The notes under the pieces: generated by a model | The model's input: the letters and a program-made list of their open reading frames with translations, nothing else | Told to the model about the DNA's origin: nothing | Databases searched by the model: none | Translations under genes and position numbers: made by a program | Shown: in pieces, positions 12,901-24,900 of the stretch | Layout: each line of letters starts with the position of its first letter | Numbering within the stretch: position 1 is the stretch's first letter | DNA from: Octopus bimaculoides | Taxonomy: Eukaryota | Reading direction: 5' to 3' | Length of the DNA stretch: 39,779 nt | Assembly (NCBI RefSeq): GCF_001194135.2 | Contig: NC_068991.1 | Location: 7,595,051 to 7,634,829, forward strand

Positions 12901-15900
12901 TTGGTGGAATTTGAATTCAGAACATAGCAACAGGCAAAATACTGCTAAGCATTTCGTCCAGTGAGCTAACAATTCTGCCACCTCACAGGAATAGATGGAT
13001 AAAGGAAATAGGTATCACACCTGGTTTAGTACCGCTCCAGAAAACAGTGTTATTAGGAACAGGTAGAATACTTAGGATTGCTCTTGGCATCTAAAGTTAC
13101 TTGTTGTACCCAAATGTTAGAAATTTTTCTTTTCCAATAGTTTAATCTGTTGTACATTATATGAAATAATAATAAAGATAATTTTTATAAATATTTCAAA
13201 AACTAGACTAACCAATGTTTTAAAGCTCGATTTTTCACTTTAATTAGCAGAAGATAAAATTTTTTAAATGTTAAATAGTAATAAAGACTTGTGTACCCAA
13301 CATTTGTTACGAAATGAATGGCACATTCAGGAAAATGTATTGGATTTTATCAAAGCTTAAGAAAGTGCTTCGTTTTGAGATTAGAAGAAAGGGTTTATAT
13401 TGTGATGAATTCAAGCTTTACTACAGTTATTGTGTTTTGTCCACACTACTGCCTTCTCTAGTTTATTTGATAATGAAAAACAGATTCTAGTCCTACATTG
13501 CAGTTAAATGGTCTGTAGTAAAATAAGTGAAGGCGTGTGGCCTAGCGGTTAGGGTGTTGCACTTATGATCTCAAGATCATGGTTTCAATTCCTAGATTGG
13601 ATGGTGCATTGTATGCTTCATGGAAGCACTTCATTTCACATTACTTTGTGATCTCTTTAACGTCTGACATGTAACATACTGTTCACCTGTTCAGACAATA
13701 TTGATTTGATGGAAAAAGTGAGCTAATGTCCAGCAGAAACATTTGATCACAATAAACAAATCGTCTGTGCAGGTTATTCAGCAAAAAGTCGTGGAACCTT
13801 CATCCGTTATTTAAAAATAGGAGGATCCGCCAGTAAAAAACAAGTGTACCAACAAAAAACTGTCCCACCCTAACAAGAAGGGAAAAAAATGAATGTAAAA
13901 GATTTTAAATTTACTGAAATAAAACAAGGTTAAAGTAAGGATTTCTAAGCTTAAAACCAACCCGTCTACATTAATAACATTATTACTCACCTGTTTTCAC
14001 ATTCCAGGGAATTGGGTTTGATGAGATTCAAGTAATTGCTGTCAAAATCTTTAGAGAAGTCTTTCAACATTGACTGAATTTCACAATGAGAATAACAGAG
14101 TTTATTATGATACAAAATTTTGGTTATTGTTCCTAAAAGACTCATTGCGAAGGCCTGCAATATCTGGCTTGAGATAGAAACCTGTAGTTGTGTTCAAAAT
14201 AAAAAATAAATTTTCATAATTCCCAAATAGAAATGTCATTAAAAAAATTTTATTTTCATTTTCTTTTTTTTTTTAGTATTTATTTATCCATACTTGTATG
14301 AACAAATGATTTTCTTTTTTAAAGAAGTTATGACACAAATAGTACACCACAATATCAGCCAGTAATAACAAGGAACAGAAAGAAAATATCATCCAACATT
14401 GTACGGTGCCAGGCAAAAAGCACCGATGCTGGTAACACATTAGAAGTACCCACGCCAGTACCATGTAGGAAGCACTTGTGCTGGTGCCATACAAAAGGCA
14501 CTCAGTTCACTCTATAAAGTGGTTGGCATAATGCCATAGAAACTATGCCAAAACAGGCAACTGGAGCCTGGTGTAACTCCCCAGCTTGCCAGCCCCTATC
14601 AAACCATTGAACCGATGCCAGCATGGAAAATGGGTGTTAAATGATTATGGTGATAAGTGTCACCCTTAGAAATTGAAGGTGGATGATTTCAAGTGATTCA
14701 AATTTTAAATTAAAAATTGATTACATAATCTTAATATCAATTTCATAACACATATGATTGTTTCAAATAATATAAAATATATCTCTTGTGCAATAATTAA
14801 AAAAAAAAACAATTTCGGACATTAAAATGGCTAAAATGTCATGCTAAAATGAAAGGCTGTTTATAGATCTAAGAAAGAAAATATAGATTTGGTCTTACAT
14901 CTGATGGAGGCTTGCTTGATCTTTTAAGGAGTTCAATACAAGTTGAAATCAGTAAACTGATATCTTCAATGATGTGATCCCATAGGTTCCATTCAACATA
15001 TTTCAAGATGAGATGGCAGTAGATATGAAGGAGTTCTGTGTGATCCAACTGATGAAATACATTAGATATCATAAAATTAGTTATGAGTTTCTGTGGTTTA
15101 TCTATTAGCCATTAAAATCAAATAACTGGTAAAAGAAATGAAGTAGCTAACAAGAGAAAGAGAGAGGGAGGGAGAGAGAGGAACTGCTCTATTTTAAGCT
15201 TTGAAGATTTTCTATACATCATCAGTAATGTTTCTTGAGGTCATTAGGTGTTTTGGGTCTTTCAACACTAGACACCAATCTTGTGTTCAGTTAGCACTGC
15301 CCTTGGTAATACTGCTCCTTCCAGGGCCCACACCTCCTAATCCACAGCCAGCTTGAGGCAAACTCTGCTGCCTCCACAGACTTTCTGTCCGTCAACCTGA
15401 CCCCTGTGATGTCAAGCATGTTGTAAGCTCTGCAAAGGGATCGAGATTGGCCTACCAAACCCTCTGCATTCCATCTCAAAGTAAATAATATAACAAATAA
15501 ACTATCAGATGAAGGTGTGGGATATGTTACAAACTGTTCAATCACACAATTAAACAAATTAATACTTATTAGCAATTTCTTTTCTTCCTCATTTGGAAAG
15601 AATTTCATTTCGTAACTGGTTGTTTATTTATTAATTTTTGTTTTTTTACTTAATTAACCCTTTGTTTGTTCTATGTATGACACAGGATACACAGGACATA
15701 TTATCTTGGCATCTATGCATCGTATATAATAGACATTCCTAACTTTTTTCAACCACCAGAGAAAGATTTATACCACTCTGAATGTATCAAATGAGGGCTA
15801 AGTCTAAAAACAAGCACGGACATTTAAAACAGACAAGCAAAGGGTTCAGAGAACGCTTGACCCTTTAGCATTCAGAGACTTGGTCATTCACATGACTTGG

Positions 15901-18900
15901 TCAAATGTGATACTTATTCATTCACATTGTTTTGAATTAACCATGCATTATCTCGTAGCTCCAAGATTTCAATGTTGTGTTTGTATATTTTTAGAATGAC
16001 ATTGAAGGGCAGGTGTGAGAAGCTAGACCTGGCCAATTTGAATGTAAAACAGGTAGAACATATAGGTCAGATATGGCCAGTTTAAATGCTAAAGAATTAA
16101 AGAGAAGAAAAAAAAGCACTTAAGGAAAATGGTACTAAATGAAGAAAATATTAATAATGTCACTTACACATTCAATTTCGTAAGTAATCTGACAGGAAAT
16201 ATACTTCACTGTCTCACTCGCACATTTTGTAACAATATGGAAAATTAATTTTGAGACAGAATCATTCTCTTCTCTTTGTAATTCATCTTGAAATGAAAAA
16301 GAAAACGTTTATCAGAAAATAAGCTAAAAATATCATTTAATGTAAAACATTCAGAATTTTTCTTGAAACACAAAATGACCAAGCATGGCTGAGTGGTTAA
16401 GAAGCTTGCTTTAACCATATGGTTTTGGGTTCAGTCTCACTGTATGACACCTGAGGCAAGTGTCTTTTACAGTAGCTCCAGGCTGGTGCCTTATGAGGGA
16501 ATTTGGTAGAAAGAAACTGAGTGGAAACCCATTGTATATATGTGTATATGTACAATAAATATGTGTGTGCAGACGTGTCATTGGGTTTGTCCTTACCCCC
16601 ATGGCTGGGTACTCTGTCGGTTATGATGACAAGTGTTCCAGTTGATCCAATCAATGGATGAGCCTGCTCGTGAAATTAACATGCAAGTGGCTGAGTACTC
16701 CACAGAGATATACCCTTTATGCAGTTGTCAGGGAGATTCAATGTGACACAGAATGTGAAAAGGCTGGCCCCTTGGACTACAGGTAGAACTCATTTTTGCC
16801 AGCTGAGTGGACTGGAGCAATGTGAAATAAAGTGTCTTGCTCAAGGACACAATGCATTGCTAAGAATTGAACTCACAACCTTGCAATCTTGAGCCAAATA
16901 GACTAACTAGTAAGCCACACACTTTCTTGCAACCTACCACCATCACCCCAGTTGGAAAAGGAGAGGTGAGGGTGAAGAAGTGTCAGAGTGTAGGTGGAAA
17001 GAAGAGAAGGCGGCGAGCTGGCAGAAACGTTAGGAAGCCGGGCGAAATGCTTAGCGGTATTTCATCTGCCGCTACGTTCTGAGTTCAAATTCCAACAAGG
17101 TCGACTTTGCCTTTCATCCTTTTGGGGTTGATTAATAAGTACCAGTTATGCACTGGGGTCGATATAATCGACTTAATTCATTTGTCTGTCCTTGTTTGTC
17201 CCCTCAGTGTGTAGCCCCTCTGTGGGCAGTAAAGAAATAGGAAATAAGAGAAGTACTACAGGGGATTTGATAGGGTGAATGGGTAGGTAAGTTTGCAAGA
17301 GTGTGAAAGGAGAATGGCAGATGGATGGGGATGGGAACAGAAGAGAATGCAATGAATGGTAAACACAAGTGGATGTGACTGTTGTTTTAGATTAGGAAGA
17401 TGAAGGAAATAGGTTTGGTTCTGTCCAGCTGACCATCTTCACCGCTCTTAGTGAATAAATAGTAATACAGACTCATTACAGTTCGTTTTTCATTATCAAC
17501 ATTTCATGGAAGATCACTTACCCATTCCAAATTCCTCGAGTAATACAAGTAATAAATGCAAGGCTCGATGTGCTTTGCCAACTGGAAGATACGAGTGAGT
17601 GTTTAAAGATAATAATATATCAATTAAAGGCAAAAGAAAATCGTCTGCAGACAGACGCCCTTGTGTCTCTTGATCAGGTGATGGCATTGTTGCTTTTGAA
17701 GTTAATATGTCTGCATCACAGCATAAAAAGAATGTTCGCACTATTTTGATAGCTTCAATACCATCTATAACAGAAACAGTATCTAAAATAGGAGAAAAAA
17801 GAAAGTATGTTTAATAATTAATCATTGAAATGCAACACCACTTGGCAATATTTATGTCAGTATGAAAGTGATGAGATGGCAGAATCGTTAGCATGCTGGC
17901 CAAAATATTTTGTCCATTTTTATATTCTGAGTTCAAATTCTGATGAGGTTAATTTAACTTTTAATTTTTTCAGAGTCAATAAAATAGCACTAGTTGAAGG
18001 CTGAGGTGGATGTAATCAACTTATCCCCTCCCCACGAACTTGCTGGCCTTGTGCCAAGATTTGAAAACTATATTTATGTTAATATAAGGCAACGAGCTGG
18101 CAGAATTGTTAGCATGCCGAGTAAAATGCTTAGCAGTATTTTGTCTGTATTTATGTTCTGGGTTTCAAGGTTGACTTAGCCTTTTATCCTTTCAGGGTTG
18201 ATAAAATGAATAACAGTTGAAGGCTGGGGTCAGTACACTTGACTGTCCCTCTCCAAACTTTGAAAACCAATATTTATGTTAGTATATGTAGTACATCTAA
18301 ATCACATTATATAATGTTGTCTCGAAAATCATAATAATAATGAAACAAGAAAATTGTGAAATATGATAAATTAACACTTTAGCATTTAAATCAGCCATAC
18401 CCAGCTCAAATAGTCAACCTTTTTGATATTGAAACTGGCCAGATCCTGCCTCTCACACTTACTCTACAACATCATTTTGAAAATACACAATCACATCATT
18501 GAGATCTCACTGCTACAAGATGATAAATAATTAGTTGAAAACATTGTGAATAAATAAGCATTAGGTTTGACAGAGTGATGCAAATACTAAAGGGTTAAAG
18601 AATATTACAAGTTTTGTATAAAAGATTAGCGTTACAAAGTCACAGTGTGACTCTCTTTGCCACCTTTTGAGACAACTATGCTTGAATAAAAGACAGAAAG
18701 GTCACAGCTAGAATGTCTTTGATTGTAAGCCAACTAGATTGAAGTTGACTTGTGTTAAGCAAAGACAACAGTTATATTTCTCTGAAAAATCACTGTTCCA
18801 TTTATAATGCTGTCGGCTAACTATCTTACATTTCCATGTATTAATAAATGATACAGTAGCTAAAATAACTTACCATCTTTCAAGTAATTCAGAAATGCAT

Positions 18901-21900
18901 CATGCAAAGCTTGAATAAATGGTTTTGTTGCCCAAGTTCCATAAGCATCACTTGTGATGTTATTTTGAAGCCATCTGACATAGCATTTCCAAAGAGAATT
19001 GTTGCGTTGTAGGCTTTCATCTCGGTAAAAAACAGAGACGCAGTAGGCCCACTCTGAAGGTGTCACTAATGTCTGATTAGAAAAGATCAATACAAGGAAA
19101 AATCAATCAACAATGCATGTATTTATATTTCAACATTGTTATTCGTCTATTGTTAGCCTTCTCCTTTCTCTTTACACATAGCTTTTCCAAGCCAACAGTA
19201 TTTAAATAATTACTAAGCAGTTACATAGTGAATTTAAAGACAAATTACTAAATAGCATAGAAAACTACCATTAAGATAGGAAATCAGGGTATAGACATTA
19301 AACTATATTAATTTCTTACTTAATAATCAAAAGACTAAATTTCTAGCTAAAAAGAAATTGAATATGATCTTCATCAAAATATTAAGGCAATAAAAATAAT
19401 GACTACAAAGAGTTGCTTTCATTTTAACCATTCATCCTAACAGTAGAAAAGTTCCTTCTCTGTATATTTAGCTTGAATTTCCTATTTTGCTATTTTTAAA
19501 GCAGCTCTTCAATAGAAGTTACATCTAACTTGGATATTACTAATAAGACTAAAAGAAAAAAAGAAAAAAGGCAATTCCTGTTAGTAGTGACTCGAGATTT
19601 TAAACAAGATTTTAAAATATTAATCAAAACATTTTGCTTTTCCAATGTAGAAGAAAACTTACAAAGTCCAACAGATTGATAAGTGCTTCTGCCAGAAAAC
19701 ACTGAGTGGCACCTCGTATGTAAGTTTCAACAGTTCGTTGGCATGTCACAACTATCTCACTGTTGTAAATATCGGGAAAGAAATGAAAAAAAAAAACCCA
19801 AAGATTATTTTTGTAAGAAATCATGGAATCACCATAATTATTTTAAAATCCACTTTTCTATGCTTGTAGGGGTTGGACAGAATTTCTGTTGCTAATCCCT
19901 ACCTGTTTCCAATGCAAGTTCAATATTTCCCATGGTTAGATATGTCTCTCATGGGAGACTGGGAACAAACAACATTGTTTATATAATGGTGATGCTCATT
20001 TACAATCATCACAAGATGTCATGACAAAGGGGCACATACATGCAAGCTCACACACACACACACAAGTTTCTTTTAGTTTCCATTAACCAAATCCACTCAC
20101 AAGACTCTCCCAAGGTGCTGTGCAGCAGGACTAAACCCAAGACAATATGGTTGGCAAGTACACATACACATTCCCACTTCAGTTTAATGACTTCTCAGCC
20201 ATATGAAGGCAACCTGTCTACAAAGTTGGGCCCTCCAAACATGTTGTACTGTATATGAAAAAGGCACTACCCTGCTCACATGGAGGAAACATGAACTCCA
20301 CAATCCACACCAAGACTAAGAGAGCAGTAATTCTAAAAATATACAAACACAACATTGAAATCTTGAAGCTACAAGATAATGTGTGATTAATTCAAGAACA
20401 ACGTGAATAAATAAGCATTACATTTGACAAAGAAATCTGAATGCTAAAGGGTCAATCTAGTTTTATATCCAACATTTCAACATAAGAATAAAAACAAGCA
20501 AAAAAAAAAAAAAATGAAATGAAAGAAAAGGTGAAGTTAATAGGGATAATGAAAGGTACATGTAAGATAGATGATACACATAAATAGATAATTTACCGTA
20601 TGTTTACAATGGCAGGTTTATCTAATAAAGGAGACTGAGGTAGCTTTGTTAGTGCTCTAGAAAGAAATACAAGTGGGATAGGACTCCAGCTTTGTGAATT
20701 CATGGTATCCAAGACTTTACAGAAGAAGTTAGCTAAAAAACAGAAAGACAATTGAGAACATATGAAATGTGGTTTTCTCCTATTTTTAAAAATAGGTTGG
20801 AAATATTTGTATTTGTAATCATCAATCATGACCTTTCATCAGTTTTCACATGATCACATCGTTTTAATGCCCACTTTTTCTATTCACACAAGTTGGATGG
20901 AGTTTATTGGAGCAGATTTTTTGTGGTTAGATGCCCTTCCTGTCACTAATCTTCGCCCATTTCCAAGCAAGGTAATATTTACCCATGTCCAGACGTGTTT
21001 TCGTAGACTATTGGAAATGAATGATATTCATTAACAACAATCAAGTGATGTCAAGAAAGACACACAAACAAACATACACACACACACACACACACGTGAC
21101 AGGTTTTCAGTTTTCATCCACCAAATCAACTCAGAAGGCTTTGGTCAACTTGGAGCTACCACAAGAAGACACTTGCCCAAGGTGCCACACAGTGGGATTG
21201 CATCCAGAAGCATGTGAAGTGAACTTCTTACATCACAGCTACACCTGATCCTATAAACCAGTGATTCCCAAACGGTGCAGCAGAAGAGGATAGCCAGTGA
21301 GGCGGAATTATTGAAAGACAATCAAACATTTGGAAACAGTTTCAAAAAATTCATTGGCCAAAAATAAATATGATTTCAAAATTTAAAATATTATTATGGA
21401 TTACTTGTAATTGCATGTATGAGTCCCAGTATAGATAGTTATAAATAATTATCGATCGATTTTATCATTGGGATTTTTTTTGCATTATATCAAGTAATAA
21501 GAATATAGTAACTAATCTGCAAATTGGAGGAGACAGTTATCAATGATAATGTTCTCGCTTCCAATCCGCGGTTATTTCCCTTTAATTCTCTCTCTCTGGA
21601 CCTTTGGTCAGGCGTATGTAAATTTCCATTCCAAAAATGCAGCCCAGAGAAAAAAATATGGGAACCACTGCTGTAAACCAATAAACCAAAAATTTTGCCC
21701 CGATACAAAAAACAAAAATNNNNNNNNNNNNNNNNNNNNNNNNNNNNNNNNNNNNNNNNNNNNNNNNNNNNNNNNNNNNNNNNNNNNNNNNNNNNNNNNN
21801 NNNNNNNNNNNNNNNNNNNNNNNNNNNNNNNNNNNNNNNNNNNNNNNNNNNNNNNNNNNNNNNNNNNNNNNNNNNNNNNNNNNNNNNNNNNNNNNNNNNN

Positions 21901-24900
21901 NNNNNNNNNNNNNNNNNNNNNNNNNNNNNNNNNNNNNNNNNNNNNNNNNNNNNNNNNNNNNNNNNNNNNNNNNNNNNNNNNNNNNNNNNNNNNNNNNNNN
22001 NNNNNNNNNNNNNNNNNNNNNNNNNNNNNNNNNNNNNNNNNNNNNNNNNNNNNNNNNNNNNNNNNNNNNNNNNNNNNNNNNNNNNNNNNNNNNNNNNNNN
22101 NNNNNNNNNNNNNNNNNNNNNNNNNNNNNNNNNNNNNNNNNNNNNNNNNNNNNNNNNNNNNNNNNNNNNNNNNNNNNNNNNNNNNNNNNNNNNNNNNNNN
22201 NNNNNNNNNNNNNNNNNNNNNNNNNNNNNNNNNNNNNNNNNNNNNGCCAGTGCCCCTGGACTGGTTCTTGTGCGGGTGGCACATGAGATGCACCATTTTG
22301 AGCGTGGCCGTTGCCAGTACCGCCTGACTGGCTCCTGTAGGATTTTCGAGCGAGATCGTTGCCAGTGCCCCTGGACTGCCTTGTGCGGGTGGCACATAAA
22401 AGACACCATTTCGAGCGTGGCCGTTTTCGTGCGGGTGACACGTAAAAGCACCCACTACACTCTCTGAGTGGTTGGCGTTAGGAAAGGCATCCAGCTGTAG
22501 AAACTCTGCCAAATCAGACTGGAGCCTGGTGTTGCCATCCGGTTTCACCAGTCCTCAGTCAAATCGTCCAACCCATGCTAGCATGGAAAGCGGACGTTAA
22601 ACGATGATGATGAAAAGATATTAACACTCACATGAATATGATACAACCAATCAGCACAGGTGAGGTGGCAAATTCAAAAGAAGTAAGCAAGTTTTCCCAT
22701 CAAACAGTTTGGACAAAGTTTTTTGAAGGATGGCTAACAGCTATAAAAAGACTGACAAATTTAACCTAACCGGAGAGCTGTGTAGCTGTCTAGGAGAATC
22801 TATGTTTGTCTCAACAAGTTGTTTTCTCTCTCCCATGCTTTCACTTTTAAGTAACATGCTCATGTCATGGTCGACAAAAAGCACAAACTTTAACTGTAGT
22901 ATTCACAAACATATATTAATTATATGCAATGATTAATTTCCTTGCACTATTTTCATTACATTATCCAGTAAGTTATATGCAAAAGATTCCTAACCATTGT
23001 ATTCATTGAAGATTGATCCATTAGTTTATTGAATGTACATCTGTAACAATGCAAGTTAATAAAATATTTGAAAACTCAAACTTTAGTAAGGTCATTGTTG
23101 ACACATGCAACCCTCTTCATAAGAATATCAGCATAAGAATATATGACTAATCAGTATACTAATGAAGAAAGATAATTTCCATATTTGTTGTTTATTTTTT
23201 TACGATGTTTTCAGTACATTAGGTTTTTAATGCTTAAACAATGGTAACATTATCTGTGCTCAAGAAAACCTGCCCACCACAACAGAATTGAGATCTTAAA
23301 ACCAAAGTGCATTGTAAAAAGCATAGGTCTGGGTACTGGTGCCACATAAAACACCCAGTACACTCTGTAAAGTGGTTGACATTAGGAAGCGCATCCATGC
23401 TAAAACAGACTGTGGAACTTGGTGCAGCTCCTGGCCTTGCCAGTTCCTGTTAAACCATCCTACTCATGCCACGATGGAAAACAGACATTAAATGTTGATG
23501 ATGATGATAATGATGATAATACATACCGTCCATATAACTTAATTTCCTTCAAAGAACCCAGAAATTTTCCAGAGAAGTACTACAATAAAAAAAAATTACA
23601 TATTCTAAATAATAATGAAGTATTTACATTAGCTCAGGTTTTAGTTTTGAAATGAAACTCTGCATTATGCAGAATTAAAGATTTACCTTTTATTCTATTT
23701 TTTTTTTTACTCGTTTTACCTTTAGACTGTAGCCATGCTGGAGCACCACTTTAATGAATTTTTAGTTGAATGAATTGATCCCGATACTTATGTGTTTTCA
23801 TAGCCTGGTACTTATTCTATTGGTTTCTTTTGTCAAACTGCTAAGTTATTGGGATGTAATCACACCAACACCAGTTGTCAAGCAGTGATGGGGGATAAAC
23901 ACAGACATAAAGACACACACATATATATGATGAGCTTCTTTCAGTTTCCATCTATGAAATCCACTCAGAAGGCTTTAGTCAACCCAAGGCTACAGTAGAA
24001 GACACTTGCCCCAAGGAACAATGAGAAATAAAACCAAAGTAAATCACAAGAAAACAGGCATATGAATTAATGGTGATTAAGTAGGAATTTCTATGTATAA
24101 TTTGAAAGTCTTTAGATAGAAACATCTGTATGTAAATATTTTCCATTTTCTTATTTTAAAGTGAATTTGTAAATACAGTTACACAATTCTGTAGTATGAT
24201 GACGCATGCAAAATTAGAACAAAAATATTGTTATTGAAGTTATAACTCACTGATTCTTGATCTTGCCAAATAAAAGGACATGTGACTAGGTTGAAATCTA
24301 GAGCAACGTTGACAGCCCATTTGATAAGGAAAATGTTTTCATGAAGGAGACAACGGGATATTAGAACCAGAAGCCAGGAAGAATGCAGAAGAAAACCTAC
24401 CATTGTAAAACATTACAAAATATATTAGTCACAAAGCAAGGAAACAATAAGAAATGACAAAACAGAATAAAACAATTTCACAATTGACAATTAAATGGCA
24501 TGTCTTCTTTATATTTAGTGGAAAGTTATAGATGGGAAGTAATAGGGAAAGTGATTAGTGTAAGGGGTAAAGAAGTGAGAGCTAATAGAGATGTCCAGAA
24601 GAGAGACAGATGTTATGGATAAATATTTGTGTGTGTGTAAGAGAGTGCATATAGGAAATAACTTCAAAGGAGTGCAGTGGTTATTTGTCGAAATAGAGAG
24701 TAAGACAGGATGGAGACATAAACCAGACTGACAGATATGAGGTAATTTGTAATGAGAGGTTTGTCTACAACAGGGGTGGGGAAACCCCAGCCCGCAGGCA
24801 CAATTACGCCCACGAGCCCATTTTATTGCACCCACAGGCTGGCATACTTGTATATACAAAATATAGTAAATTTTTCAATTATAAAATTTATACAATATTC

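Noticed and set aside
22246-22440. Regularly repeated units that could suggest a CRISPR-like array
   Set aside because: They are internal tandem repeats of a SINE in animal DNA, with no unique spacers and no cas genes.
21490-22548. Long ORFs (210-352 aa) in several frames
   Set aside because: They are open only because they cross the N gap; the flanks are MITE and SINE sequence.
22750-22900. 50-codon minus-strand frame containing [18 protein letters not shown], considered as the missing TARBP1 exon
   Set aside because: Splice phase does not fit, it ends in a stop, and the similarity is weak.
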